The notes under the pieces are model-generated. The model searched no databases. It saw only the letters and a program-made list of their open reading frames with translations, and was not told where the DNA came from. The translations under genes were made by a program, and so were the position numbers. A stretch of DNA of 63,548 nucleotides, filler included, from Perkinsus chesapeaki ATCC PRA-425 (taxonomy: Eukaryota > Protista > Perkinsozoa): assembly GCA_013115145.1 (NCBI GenBank). It is 10 parts of 10 records of this genome, joined end to end, with 100 filler letters (N's around TTAATTAATTAA, not from the genome) between each part and the next. Parts side by side here need not be neighbours in the genome. Positions count along the whole stretch, not along the records: positions 19,302 to 43,056 come from JAAPAO010000560.1; positions 43,157 to 44,924 come from JAAPAO010001794.1; positions 45,025 to 52,258 come from JAAPAO010001041.1; 7 more parts are not named here. The stretch is one strand, 5' to 3'. Of this stretch, positions 35,261-48,700 are shown piece after piece (position 1 is the first letter of the stretch; every line of letters starts with the position of its first letter).

Positions 35261-38200
35261 ATGGGTGTTAATAATAGTAGAGGATCAGCTAGCATTAAGC
35301 CAGCTACTGGCTACTTAAAAGGGTCGTGTCATGATGATTATAATAATGGTACAAGACAACGTGGTGTATTATCTAATGATGCACGTGAATGGTTATTAAA
35401 AAGGAATGTATCTACATTATCACAAAGTGTTAGTTTTATACCATGGATAATACAACAAGGTATACGAGATAATACAGTTATATCTGGTCCTAATCATAAT
35501 ATAGTTGTACATAAATGTTATGGTGCAGTAGTATTCTCTGATGCTAGTGGTTTTACTAAATTAACTGAAGCATTAGAAAGAAAATCTAATGGTGCTGAAT
35601 TATTATCATTATGTTTAAATAAATTCTTTACACCATTAATCGATATTATTAATTCATATAGAGGTGATGTTATTAAATTTAGTGGTGATGCATTAACAAT
35701 ATTATTTCCAGCTATATGTGATTATGATTATGATTATCCATGTGGTAGTGGTTGGTCTAATTGTAAAGGACATAATGATTTACAATTAGCTACATTAAGA
35801 GCATCTGCTTGTTGTATTGAGATACATAAAAGATTACATAATTTTGATACTGGACAAAATGATGTTTATTTAACATTACATATTGGTGTTGGTGCTGGAC
35901 CAGTTACTATATTACAAGTAGGTGGTCAAAAACCACCACATTCTAATGTAACAAGATTTGAGTATGTTATAGCTGGACCACCATTAGAGCAAATATCTAA
36001 AGCTGAACCTATGGCTGGGTCTGGTGAAACAGTATTATCACCTGAAGCATGGGAACTAGTTAAAGATACTGTTTTAGAGGGTGAACCATTATTAGATGAT
36101 GAATGTATTGGTTTTCATAGATTATTATCAATGGATGTTAATAAACATACATATGCTACTATTAAAAATGCAGCAAAAGATGCTGATAGAAGAGAAGAGA
36201 TGTAAGAATAAGCTAATATTATTATTATTTATATTATTATTATCAGGTATGCATTACGTATTAATGAATTATATATAGCTAAATGGTTTATACCACCAGC
36301 AGTATTCAAACAAATAGAGAATGATACAATAGCATATGTTAATGAAATGAGAACAGTAACAACTATATTTATAAGTGTACCAGAAGCTATAGATGTATCC
36401 ACATCAAATGGTGCATTAATAGCACAAAAGTTAATGGAAGCAGTACAAACTAGTTGTTATGAACAAGAAGGAGATGTTAATAAATTCTTAGTTGATGATA
36501 AAGGTTTATTATTTTTAGCAATGTTTGGTACACCACCTATGGTACATATTGATGATCCATTAAGAGCTGTATTATCTGCAATAGCTATAGTTAAAACATT
36601 AACGACACAATTAAGATTAACATGTAAAATAGGTATAACTACTGGTAGAGTATATTCTGGTGTAGTTGGTAGTAATTGTAGACAAGAATATACATTATTA
36701 GGAGATTCAGTTAATACAAGTGCTAGATTAATGGCTAATGCACCTATTAATTCGATATATACTGATAAACCTACATATGATTTAAGTAAAAATGATATAC
36801 CATTTATTAAACATGAACCTATTAAAGTTAAAGGTAAAGATAATAAAATACAAGTATTTGAACCACAAGAAACACATAATAATACAAGTCCAGATGGTAT
36901 TATACCTGAATTAAGTCCATTATCACCTGCAAGTGATGGAGCTGCATCATCATCTAGTAATGTACAAACAACCACAAGTGCTACATTAACATCAACACTA
37001 CCAGCATCATTGAATAATGGCAATGCTGCTGCTGCTGCTCCTCCTCCTCCGCCACCTCCTTTAAGGACAACACAAAGATTAACTACTATGGTTAAGCAAA
37101 CCGAAAGAATGTTACCATGGAGAACATTATGTGATAATGTTAATCAATTGGCTAATGAAACTGCTGCTGCAGCAGCTCACAATAGGGATGGAGGAACATC
37201 ATCGGCAACATCATCGATAGTTAATAATAAATCACGAGGTACGTTATCTGGGTTATTATCAGAATTATCATCATTATGGCCTGAAATGGATGAAGTATTA
37301 AATATTATACCAAATATTGGTGAAGATGGTGGTGTATTAATAATAGAAGGTGAGAGTGGTTTAGGTAAAGATCAAGTTGGTGAATTATTAATGGATGAAT
37401 TAGTTAATGAACATGATGCATTAGTATTATATGGTACACATAGAGGTAGACCTAATGAAGAGACTAAACCATTATGTGAATTATTAGAATCAATAGTTGA
37501 TGCTGTATTAGAAAGTCCAATAGCTATTGATATTGGTGTTATACCTAAAACAACACCCAAATTAAAAATATTAAGTAGATTCTTAAATGAAGCACAAAAG
37601 AATGGTAGTGCTAAAGCTCAAAATTTAAATATTAATGGTATTACGGTACATGAACAAACTAAAGCTATTGAAATACCTTATTTAACCCAAGTACTATTAA
37701 AACAACAACAACAACAACAACAACAAAGTGGTGATGGTGGTGGTAGTGAAGATAATGGGTCTATGTTATTAATACCTGATCCATATACTAGAAGGAGTTC
37801 ATTAATACCATTGAGGGAAGATATTGATAAGTTCTTTGAGATAATAATAAGTCTTATTAAAGAGTTATTAAAACATAGACCAGTATTTATATTATTAAAG
37901 ATATCTAGAGGTACGAGTTTATTTAATATAGCTCCTAATCCATCATTTTGGACATTATTCGAAAGATTAGCCAATTTAGCCATCGAATCTAATGCTGCTA
38001 ATCGAATAATTAATGATGATAATAGTGATAATAATCATAATCAATTGGCATTGGTATTATTATGTAAAGAACATCCAGCTAAAGATAAAAGTGATATAAT
38101 GTCCAATGCTAAAGTTATTAAATTAAAACCATTCTCTGATGAATGTACAAAAGCATATATATTAAAATTATTACGAATAACAGAAGATAAAGTATCAAAT

Positions 38201-38927
38201 GATTTAATAAAATATGTTACAGCTTTAACTGCTGGTACACCATTATATGTATTGGAATCATTAGCTGAATTAGAAAAATTAGGCATGATAAGAAGAATAA
38301 GAAGTGATAATGGTGGTGATATCAGAATTGAAGTTACTTGTAATAATTTAAATAATGTTAATATATCTACATGGACACATACTAGTATGGTTGGTAGATG
38401 TATATCTGTATTAGAATCATTAGATCCTCAAGCATCAGCTATAGTTAAAATGTCTACATGTTTTAATGGCCCATTTACTATTACTGATTTAGCTGCATCA
38501 TTGAACCCAAGATGGTCAAGAATATCTAAATCATCAAGATTAGATACTTTAAGGATATTTAATACATGTATGACATTAGTCAAATTAAATATATTACAAT
38601 TAGCTAATAATACACAATTCAGTCAAGATACTGATGATAAGTAATATAATCATAACTAATATAATACTACTACTGTTAGTATTATTATTATGTTTTAGGT
38701 TTATGAATTATATATCTGATGAATTTAAATTTATATTAAAAGATGAATTAACACGTAGAGTTGCCGGATTTATGTTACTTGAAAAGCAACGTATGTCTGT
38801 TAAAAGACAAGCTATGGTACAAAGAGCACTTACTAGAGATTTACAAGATAGAATGTATACATTAAAGAAGAAAAAGCTTATGTTACTACATGGTAGTCCT
38901 TATTATTGTTTAGTACGATTAGATTAA
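35261..38927 (+). CDS. Soluble adenylyl cyclase-like protein (ADCY10/sAC type: C1 + C2 + P-loop NTPase region)
   Basis: C1 VFSDASGFTKLTE, VIKFSGDAL, LHIGVGAG; C2 EMRTVTTIF, VNKFLVDDKG, QEYTLLGDSVNTSARLM; P-loop IEGESGLGKD. 3' end approximate. Confidence 0.9.
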
Positions 38928-39092
38928 TAATGATTGTATTAATTGTAATATATTATAATAATAAAAAAAACAACAACAACATAATCATTAATAACAATAG
39001 CATGTTTATATTGTTAATGTATTGTACTTAATAATATTATTATTATTGTGTTTATTATATTATTATTAATAATAATAACAACCCAAAGGTAT

Positions 39093-39867
39093 ATGTTTAA
39101 TAATAATAAATGGTTATCATCATCACATAATAATAATACTCGTAATAAAGGTAAAACATCATCGATTATATGTTATAGTGCTGCTGTTATTATAATACTA
39201 TTTATTATAATATACCAACATTATTCATTATCTTTATTATTTACAACACCACCATCATCATCATCATCCTCATCATTAGCCAAGAAGACAAGAAGAAGTA
39301 GCCGAGATGGAATATATAGGGAGTTAATATGGTTAGGAAGAGAAAAGAAAGAGGAGGAGGAGGAGGAGGAGCTAGAGCTATATAAGAATGGAAGGATAAA
39401 TGAAGATAGAGTACCTGGATGTGTTAGTAGAGTATATATATCATGTAATTGGATGATAACAGTACCAAATAAAGATGATAATAATGATAAAGTTGTAGTC
39501 GAGAATAATAAGAGATTATTGCATTATAGTGTTAAAGCGAAGGATTCAGCATTAACAAGAGGATTAGCTAATTTATTAGTTAATAAATTTAATGGTATGA
39601 CACCAAAAGTAGGTTAAATAATAATTATTATTATTATTAATGATTATGTTGTTATGTTGTTATTAGGAAGTATTGGAAATAGATGGATCCAAACTATTAC
39701 AAGAATATGGTTTAGCCAATACGTTAACACCACAGAGAAGTAATGGTTTTGTGAGTATGATAAGACATATGCAAAGACAAGCATATAATAAACTAATAGA
39801 AGAAGAATATGATGATGAATTAAATAATAATAAAGATGATAATAATAAGAGTATTATTATAACATAA
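39093..39867 (+). CDS. sufE: SufE-family sulfur acceptor protein with N-terminal leader
   Basis: RVPGCVSRVY (catalytic Cys), DSALTRGLANLL, GLANTLTPQRSNGFVSMI; one intron near 39610-39670. Confidence 0.85.
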
Positions 39868-39971
39868 TAATAATTATAATTATATTTACTATCATCATTA
39901 CTTTACTGTCATCTCCTAATGTGTTTTTGTTGTTATTGTTATTCTTTAGAACTTTCTATCTTTTCTATGGT

Positions 39972-41331
39972 ATGAGAAGTGAATCATCATCTTCAGCTAA
40001 ACTATATAATAAAGATGAGAAGAAAGATAATAGAAGAAAATCACCTAGGCTGCTAAAAACATTATCAATAAATAGGTTATTATTATTAACTACTATTATT
40101 ATATATCATTAATAACAAAGGCAGATACGCTATACCTGGTACTATATTTAATAAATGTTCTAATGGTCGTAACGGTGATAGTGGTGGTGATAGTTATTTA
40201 TTTAAAGTGTATAAGAATCCAGATAATTTACGAAACCAATGTGTTAAATTATCAATAAATACTCTTGCACACAGTTATATTAGAAATATTATTAAATATG
40301 ATTATAATGATGATAATTTATTATTACCTTCCTGGAATAAAATAAATAATAAAAAGGATAAAATCAAAGGATCATGTTTTGGCGATGCTTTAGCTGAGGG
40401 TAATAAATAATACTACCTATTATTGTTAAATACTAATTGCTGATGCTGATGCTGATGATGCTGATGATGCTATTATTATTAGGTGCTTACTATACATTTA
40501 ATGATACGAATATAATAATACCATTAAAAGTATGGTCATATTATGGCAACAGTTATCCTATATCTACTGGCAATATATCATTACTTATTAGAAGAACGCT
40601 TATTAATACTAATTGTGGTATAGCTGTCGGTGTACGTAAACATATTAATGATAATAGACATGGTATATATTATAATATTAAAGATACATATAATCATAAT
40701 AATACTACTACTAAACAAGAACAAGAACAACAACACCACGAAGAAGAACAAAATAATGATCTATTAATATATAGAAATATATTATTAAAGAAAGGTCAAC
40801 AAGGACAGCATGCATTTGTAATTGTTGGTTTTGAAATTAATAATAATATACCTGGTGGTGGAGTATTCTTATTTATAGATAATAATGGAATTAATTGGGG
40901 ACATCGTGGATATGGTTTATGTTCGTAAGTTATAATAATATTTCAATTATTAATACTAATCTTATTATTTTAGGTTTAGCTTTATTGATAATAATGTTGA
41001 TGATATTGCTCAAGTGATGGTTAATAATAATAATATGTTATTATTAACATCAGTTGATGATGTTCATCATCATGATGGTATTATTAATAATAATACATTA
41101 CCATTTCCTATTTATCAGTGTTGGTATGATAAATATGATAGATATCATGTTAAATGTTGTAAATGCCCCTCTAATTGTTGTTTAGATCATCATCATGATG
41201 ATGATGATGATGATAGTAGTAGTAAATGTAATACCACCACTACCGCCGTCACCGCCGCCGCCGCCGCCAAGGACCGCCAGCAGCAGCAGCACATTATACC
41301 ACATTGTAATTGTATAGCATGCTGCTCTTAA
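39972..41331 (+). CDS. Divergent papain-like (clan CA) cysteine peptidase with Cys-rich tail
   Basis: Spliced product has KGSCFGDALAE, QHAFVIVGF and FIDNNGINWGHRGYG, in the order and spacing of the C/H/N triad motifs. Confidence 0.5.
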
Positions 41332-41411
41332 TTACTATATAATAATAATAATAAATAGTATTTAGTTAATACAATTAATAAAATCAATAATCATTATTAA
41401 CAACAAATATA

Positions 41412-42106
41412 TCATTCTAACATGCTTATCATATCATCATTAAACTGCGTTGGATATCTCATAATTGCCTTATTAATTTTCTTATTAAGTTTATATTCCT
41501 TAATATATTCCTAATAAGTATAATAATTATATCTGCTGCTGCTATTGTTGTTATTATTATTACTACCTCATATTGACTATTTCTTTCAGTACCTGGCAGT
41601 ATACCAAACCAATCTGTTATTACTTCAATAATAAACATTATATTATCAATATAATAATATCTCATAACTAATAATAATAATAATGATGGCATGGCTGATG
41701 ATGATGAGCATGTAAAAGGTTACCACCACCACCGTCGATAATACAATGTTATTATGCTACGTTCACAATAATAATAAATTATCGAAATACTAATAATAAT
41801 CAATGAGCTTGCATCATCAACTTAAACCAAGATTATCGACTCCAGCTCTAACTGTACCCTCCTGAACAAGCACACGCGGTGGTGGTGCTGCTTTCTAAAC
41901 CAATCGTTATATTAACATATTAACCTTGTTATTCGACCTCCTAGAGATCCAACAAACCTCGGTCCATCCACAGTCCTAGCCAGATAATAAATTGGTAACA
42001 CAAAACTACCTTCAAATCCATCTTTATTGAACATCATCATTATGTACGCTGATATCATACAACACAGTACAGTATTAGTCTGCTGTATGAACGACGGCAT
42101 CATCAA
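41412..42106 (-). CDS. Multi-exon hypothetical protein
   Basis: Exon-like segments ...ARTVDGPRFVGSLGGRITR|, ...ITDWFGILPGTERNSQYE| and ...NKAIMRYPTQFNDDMISMLE*; model not resolved. Confidence 0.35.
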
Positions 42107-43056
42107 TTAATCAGCCCGCTGCTACAAGCACAGCAGCCCACATTAAGATTAACATGTAGAGTATTAGTACTAGTACCCTACCACGGGTGCCCCTGAAATC
42201 ATCACTAAATATCTGACAATGGAACTACGTAGTATACATGCAACTGCATGAATAGCTTAATTATCGAACTGTCACAAAAAATGACGTGACTTCCGATTGG
42301 ATTGAATAGACTGCAGATTACAAGTGCATGCGGTTGGATTTAAAGCGCGGATTTATTGTCATAAAGGTCTTCTGGACTCAGTCTGTCTAAATTAGACAGC
42401 TTATTATGTGAAAATGTCGTCTTGTCATCCAATTGAATGAATTCCATTCGGCTATTAGTAAACCATCAAGGACGAAAACGTTCGGGGAAGCTTTCCTCAA
42501 ATCTGAATGTAAAAGGTAATAAGCGATGGGAGGGTGAATAAGCCTGGGAAGCGAAAATCTCTGACTTTTTCAACTTGTCAGCCAAGCCATTTTCATTGTC
42601 GCCAGGCTTTAATTAGTTCATTGGTCAACTGAAACATTTCGGAAGATGTTACACATAGTTTCTCCTACATAAAATGTCTGCTGTTGGATTTAGCATTTAA
42701 TGATTGTGAATTTCAAATTCACTTGTTTATTACACGACGGCACTCCCGATGCTGCTGCTTAGTTTCTACATATGATTTCGCCTGAGCAAATTTAGTGAGA
42801 ATCCCCGATTACAGACTATAGATTGGGAGCTGGTGGAATTCTTCCGACTAACAATAACCTCGAGGCTCGAGCGAAGACTCATACGTTGGCAGTAGATGGC
42901 CTGATTATTATATTAAAATTATCAGTATTAGCATCAGTATCAAAATCAGTATTAGAACTAAGTGAGGCTAACTTAGAGTATGGATTGGTTTTGAAAATCA
43001 GCGGCTGATTTTCAACACTAAAGGCAGCCTGGCTGCCTGGTGACTTTTAAATATTA

Positions 43057-43156
43057 NNNNNNNNNNNNNNNNNNNNNNNNNNNNNNNNNNNNNNNNNNNN
43101 TTAATTAATTAANNNNNNNNNNNNNNNNNNNNNNNNNNNNNNNNNNNNNNNNNNNN
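43057..43156. other. Artificial contig linker
   Basis: Same 100-nt cassette. Confidence 0.98.
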
Positions 43157-43385
43157 AGCGGAGCTCATTTGTGAACAAAACCCGTTCATGATGCACAGTA
43201 TACGCACCGGTAACACTCATTACGGTGGCTGAATGTATCGGCGTTGTGAACTTGTTTCACGACTTCCAGGAGGGTTAAATATGCCGAGTACACAAGGTGC
43301 CAATCAACTCGCGGCAATCTCTCCTGACTGTCTTCCCGGTGAACGCGTGTAACTTACTAGGGAACTGACGCCACTTTATACCCCT

Positions 43386-44291
43386 TTAATCTCGCAGAAC
43401 ATGAAGGTTTGAAACTATGAAGATGGTCAACTTTGGCTTTGGCATTATATTCATTTTCGAGAAGTATGAAGGTACTGAATATCCTTTAGCGGATCTAAAT
43501 GGGTGAGGTGTTGTGTTCAAGATTATTATACAGACGGTGTTGTCAGGTGGCGGAAGCGGCAAGCAACGCGGCGAACAGTACCACTCGGCCATGGTCGGAG
43601 CATTTTACACTTGCTTAGATCCTTATCCTAAGCCTGATAGAACCTGCTTTACGTCCGGTGACGTAGGTTAAACCGGGTGTAAATGCCCGAAGGGTATGGG
43701 ACTGTACTGCGAGAATCCCGTAAGACAACGCATTTGCGAATTCCTTCAATGGTGTCGAATGCCTCATCTCTGTCCAGGGCCAGTGGTCAAACCTTCCTGA
43801 GGCTTGTGTCTGCGTAAATATATGTTCCCAGGATTCGAACTGTCCCGGTCCGCCCGATGGTAACGCCAATGCCTCCTGCCGCAATGGTGTGTGAGTGCTG
43901 AGTTGTGTGGTAAGCCACCTGTTAATAAGAGGTAAGCTCCATTTCTTAGGGGCTCAAGACATGTCCTACAAGCATGCACTGTAGTCCTATTCTCTGTCAG
44001 TGGCACAACGATTGACAATGTTACCTTCGTAAATGCTGTTCATCGAAGCTTTATGTTGCTATTAGTGAACTCTCCGAATGAGAAAACACTCCCCAGCGAA
44101 TGTATTAGGTCCACTAGCGAACAGTGAGCCGTTATCATGTACTGTGCATCCCAACTCTTTCTGTAAATTGTCGAATTGTAGTTATCCCCCACCGCAGGGC
44201 GGTTTGAGGTGGCGAAACTGGAATGTGTTTCTATTATGGGAAGAAAGACTCGATGAGCTCGGTCCACTATTTCATGAACCTTTCGGTTCAA
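43386..44291 (-). CDS. Possible multi-exon hypothetical gene
   Basis: Several overlapping minus-strand ORFs separated by splice-like signals; no family recognised. Confidence 0.2.
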
Positions 44292-44924
44292 TATATAGTT
44301 TGCGGCTCTTCGCCTAAGTCGTTAGTGCCACTAAATTAGTGGTCTCTCTTCTGTTGTTATGTGCTCACTCGAGACCCCTTTCTTTTGTGAGCAAGGCCCT
44401 TCGTCCACCGGCCATGCGCTGCGCTAGTCATGGCCGCTCTGCGCTGAGCTTAGGGAATGGGCTTGCGTGCACAAGAACACTCTGTATTCGTTCATAGATC
44501 GAGTAGTTGTAGGCGCTGTGCCTTATATCAGTGCTCGCTTCAGTCGTTATTTCCCCCACTTCCCGAGGAATAAACGAAACATCCCCGAAGCGTTGGAGTT
44601 GTCACTCGAAAGACTCGGTTTAGAGCCACAAGATGCTGCACAGCGCGTGCCCTCTGTGCCATGTGCAATTGCCATAGACAATATTATGCACGTCATCGTT
44701 CATCACGAAGGACAGTTCCAGGCTACGCTGGGTGCATCTTCACTAGTCTAAGCTGCCACAGAGGAGTCAGTTCCCTTGAAAAAATACTAGAAAGAAGGCT
44801 CTGAGTACTCTCTTTCTGCGCCCGTTGCGGGTATCGAGTTAACGAGCCCTTGGGGGGGGTCCACACAACAATGACAACAATTACTAACATCTAAACGCGG
44901 TCGTTAGAGTTCCGTAAACCGAAC

Positions 44925-45024
44925 NNNNNNNNNNNNNNNNNNNNNNNNNNNNNNNNNNNNNNNNNNNNTTAATTAATTAANNNNNNNNNNNNNNNNNNNN
45001 NNNNNNNNNNNNNNNNNNNNNNNN
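44925..45024. other. Artificial contig linker
   Basis: Same 100-nt cassette. Confidence 0.98.
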
Positions 45025-45036
45025 CCCGGCGCCGCT

Positions 45037-45530
45037 GTTGTTAAGGTTGTTAATGTTGTTAAGGTTGTCGGTGTTGTTAAGGTTGTTGTTGTTGTCTAGG
45101 TTGTTGTTGTTGTTGTTGTTGTTGTTGTTAAGGTTGTTGTTAAGGTTGTTGTTGTTGTTGTTAAGGTTGTTGTTGTTGTTAAGGTTGTTGTTGTTGTCAA
45201 GGTTGTTGAGGTTGTTGTTGTTAAGGTTGTTAAGGTTGTTGTTGCTGTTGTTAAGGTTGTTAATGTTGTTAAGGTTGTCGGTGTTGTTAAGGTTGTCGTG
45301 TTGTTAAGGATTTCGTTGTTGTTAAGGATTTCGTTGTTGTTAAGGTTGTTGTTAAGGTTGTTGTTGTTGTTCTTGTTGTTGTTGTCAAGGTTGTTGTTGT
45401 TGTTAAGGTTGTTGTTGTTGTTAAGGTTGTTGTTGTTGTTAAGGTTGTTAAGGTTGTTGTTGTTGTTAAGGTTGTTGTTGTTAAGGTTGTTGTTGTTAAG
45501 GTTGTTGTTGTTGTTAAGGTTGTTGTTGTT
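45037..45530. repeat. Punctuated (GTT)n microsatellite array with AAG interruptions
   Basis: GTTGTT...GTTAAG units over ~495 bp; a ~53-bp block is duplicated at 45034 and 45244. Confidence 0.95.
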
Positions 45531-45706
45531 ACAGTTGAGAATGGAATTGTTGTCTGGAAATACCAGCGCGCGGGCTTCGGTTCGGGCGCCACAATGCAGA
45601 AGCATCAAGGTTGGCAAGCACGCAATGGTCGTAAATTCCAAGCTCGAGAAACTCCCATCAAACGCGCAGTTATGGTCAGCAATAGCGTTAGTTGAAGTGC
45701 TTTGTT

Positions 45707-48700
45707 ATGCCCTTCCACGATTTCCAACTCGATAGTGACCAGAAGGTTGTACTGGAGGTTGTTCTCGAGAGCATCCTCCTCCCACAAAGCGAACCTCACT
45801 ATCATTACATAACAGGTTTCGCTGGTACGGGTAAGACACACTTAGCAAAAGCGATTATCGCGATTACGCGCGATTGCAACAAACGCCCGATAGTAATATC
45901 TTGGAATGGAATGGCGGCTCGGGTTCTAGAAGGTGATACGTTTATGAGCTACTTCGGGCTCAAATATGAGAGATCCGGCAAAGTAGGGGATAATGCCTTC
46001 ATGAGATATCCTCGAGAGTTAGCTGCTCGAATATTGGAAAGCCTCTCAGCTGCCAAGCGCAGAGATCTCTTGTCCGGAGAAGCTTTCCTGATCGTGGACG
46101 AGGTGGGGATCGTGCATGATACTATATTAGACGGATTGTCGCAAGCTTTGAAGACCCTAAGGAAAGAAGAGTTACATGGAGATAGACCTTTCGGAGGAAT
46201 AGTTACCGTTCTCCTAGGAGATCCTTGTCAGCTTCGAACCATCAATCTATTCGAGGAATCTTCAGACTTCCCTCCAAAGGAGTTCCCGACTGGTCCTTTT
46301 TGGAAGAGTATGGTATGGCAGGAAATGGACCCTAAGATAGCATACCTTACGAAATTCCACAGGGGGGAATCGGATGATGATTACTTACAGCTCCTATCCG
46401 AGATACGCAGCGCCGAAGAAATTATTCCTGGCGTGCCGCGTTTCAGCCAAAAATCTCTCCAAGTCCTCCAAGATATTCGGGATCGGGATGCAGGAAATAA
46501 CCCACCTAGGTAAGGCTACAGTATGATCCGATAATAATATTATTAGATAATGATATGTATTCCTTTATATTGATTAAAATTATATTGAGTCAATGTAGCA
46601 TATAAGACGTATAATTCGCTGGCAGAATACTCCATCTGAAATGATATAATTCTCATTGAGAACTTTTCAATATATGCACTGATTCTCCAACTCAGCACAT
46701 TATCACACATTAATACATTCATTCTCAACACATTATGTAAATTTCAATTAACTCTTTGAATAACTCATGATAATCATTTTGGTTCCATTTTCACCAAAAT
46801 GCTCATAGTAGGAAAGAAAGCTATTCTTCAGATTCGATCATACTATAATATGCCTGACTAATGCCGAGGCCGACAAGTACAACGAGAGACATTTAGCTAG
46901 CCTACCGGGTGATGCCTATATCTTCGGGTCTATCGATCAGGCAGGTGAGCAGGAAGCAAACCTTAACGGCATCGATATGGAAGCAGTATCTAAAATGGGG
47001 TACAGACCCGTCGTTAAACTGAAAGATGGATGCAAAGTGATGGCCACTATTAACGACCCACTGAAGCGCTTCGTTAACGGTCTCACTGGTAAAGTTGTTG
47101 GGATTCGACGTGCTGGAGGGTCAGAATCAGTCGTTGTTAAGTTCGATGGCACCGCAAATAATGTGGAGGTAGAGCGTTATGTCTTCACCGTCGAAGATAA
47201 AGACGGTAATGTGATATTCAGTCGAAGACAGTTTCCATTGATGATAAGCTATGCCCTAACGTGTCATAAGACGCAGGGGTGTACCTTAGATGGAGTGTGG
47301 GCCAAACTGCCATTCGCTAGGGTACCCAAGAGCAGCAATCATAAAATCGCAGCTCTCTGGAGTCAAGATTGGCTACGAGGCTCAGCTTACACCATGTTGA
47401 GCCGAGTAGGTTCCCGAGACAAAATCCGCGTTTTCCCCCTGAGGAACGTAAAATCTGCCGAAGACTTGAACCCCATCTTCTTCATGGATCCACAAGCTCG
47501 AGCATTTGATAAGGACTGCATGGAGAGAAGCTGGCTGCGTACAGGCCAAGTAAATGCTCCACCTATTCACCAAACGCAACCTCCTCAACCGAGCAGCGAA
47601 GAAGCACATCCTTCTAGAGGTGATACATTAATAACAGTCGAGGACATCCAGCGATTAGAAGATAAGATAGGGGACGTGCTGGAAAGCGTCAATGTAAACA
47701 ACACGAGATGGGTAATGTTGCAGCACTTTGAAGCTCGAAGGCCGAGCCATGGGTCTGGCGAGACCTTTACTAACCCAGTCTTCTACTGTTGGACGAAACC
47801 GTCGCTGCGAGAGAGAATCATCTTGCTCCCAGCTGATTGCCAACTCACTTTCTACGAGCGCCTATATGAGCACCTGAATATAACAAGAGATACAGTCAGC
47901 GAGGAACAAATTCTAGATATGATCTGCGAGGTAGATAACGAGACACAGAGGCAAAAGAGACCTCTTACGAAACGAGTTGATGATGCGAGCCACATACCCT
48001 GTACACTACCTGTACAACCGTCATCGGCCCAACAGAGCGTCCCGAACGATGTGAGCGATGACCCAGAACAACCGGCTCCGAGTTCACCCACGTCGCCGCA
48101 GAACGTGGATGAACCCATGTCCACACAATCAGACAGTGATGACTCGCCGATAGACGTTGAAGAGGTTCAGGCTGAGGGTTCTGCTCCACTTCCCCGGAGA
48201 GAAGGTTTCGACAGAGAGCCGTTCTTGATATTCCGAGGAACTATCAGAAGAGTTGTTGAGAAGTACCTGGAAGAGAATGCTCATTTACGGCTCACCGGAT
48301 GTTCGATAGACTCACTTCATGAAGGTCCCATATCTACAGTTCCATCCGACATCCGTCGCAAAACTTGTGTTCTTTTATGCAAGAGAGCCATCCCGCCGTC
48401 TTTAGTAGGGAAGGAGCCATCCACACAGGGACGCCCAGATTGGCGTAGCTGGCCGGAAGCTGCCTGCCCGATGACAGAAGTTCTGGTTAAATCTTCTGGG
48501 GAATTGTGTTACCTGTATGGAAAAAGCAGTGGCAGCGTCACAAAAGAGCAATGGAGAAGCCACCAACACCCACACAGGAGCTACACCTGCCATAGTAGAT
48601 ATTTACCGCCGGAAATAGCAGACGATTGGTGCAAGTGGATGTCAACTTGCGATACCCCAACGATAACGATGTCGAAATTAATAGAAAGAACAAACAAGAA

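Noticed and set aside
20075-42110. Alternative genetic code or bacterial origin for the AT-rich island
   Set aside because: All interruptions are explained by GT-AG introns under the standard code, and the genes are alveolate-type.
43022-43038. 8-1-8 palindrome, and 7-1-7 palindromes at 57799-57813 and 62187-62201, as a palindrome family
   Set aside because: About 1 (8-bp arms) to 4 (7-bp arms) are expected by chance per spacer length in 63 kb, and the sequences are unrelated.
45038-45735. Leu-rich and Thr-rich ORFs over the GTT array, and a telomere interpretation
   Set aside because: Open frames follow from repeat composition; the unit is not a TTAGGG/TTTAGGG-type repeat and is irregular.
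45707-47450. Pif1 helicase as part of a Helitron
   Set aside because: No HUH/Rep motifs upstream; the helicase is N-terminal and continues in frame into a MULE DDE domain.
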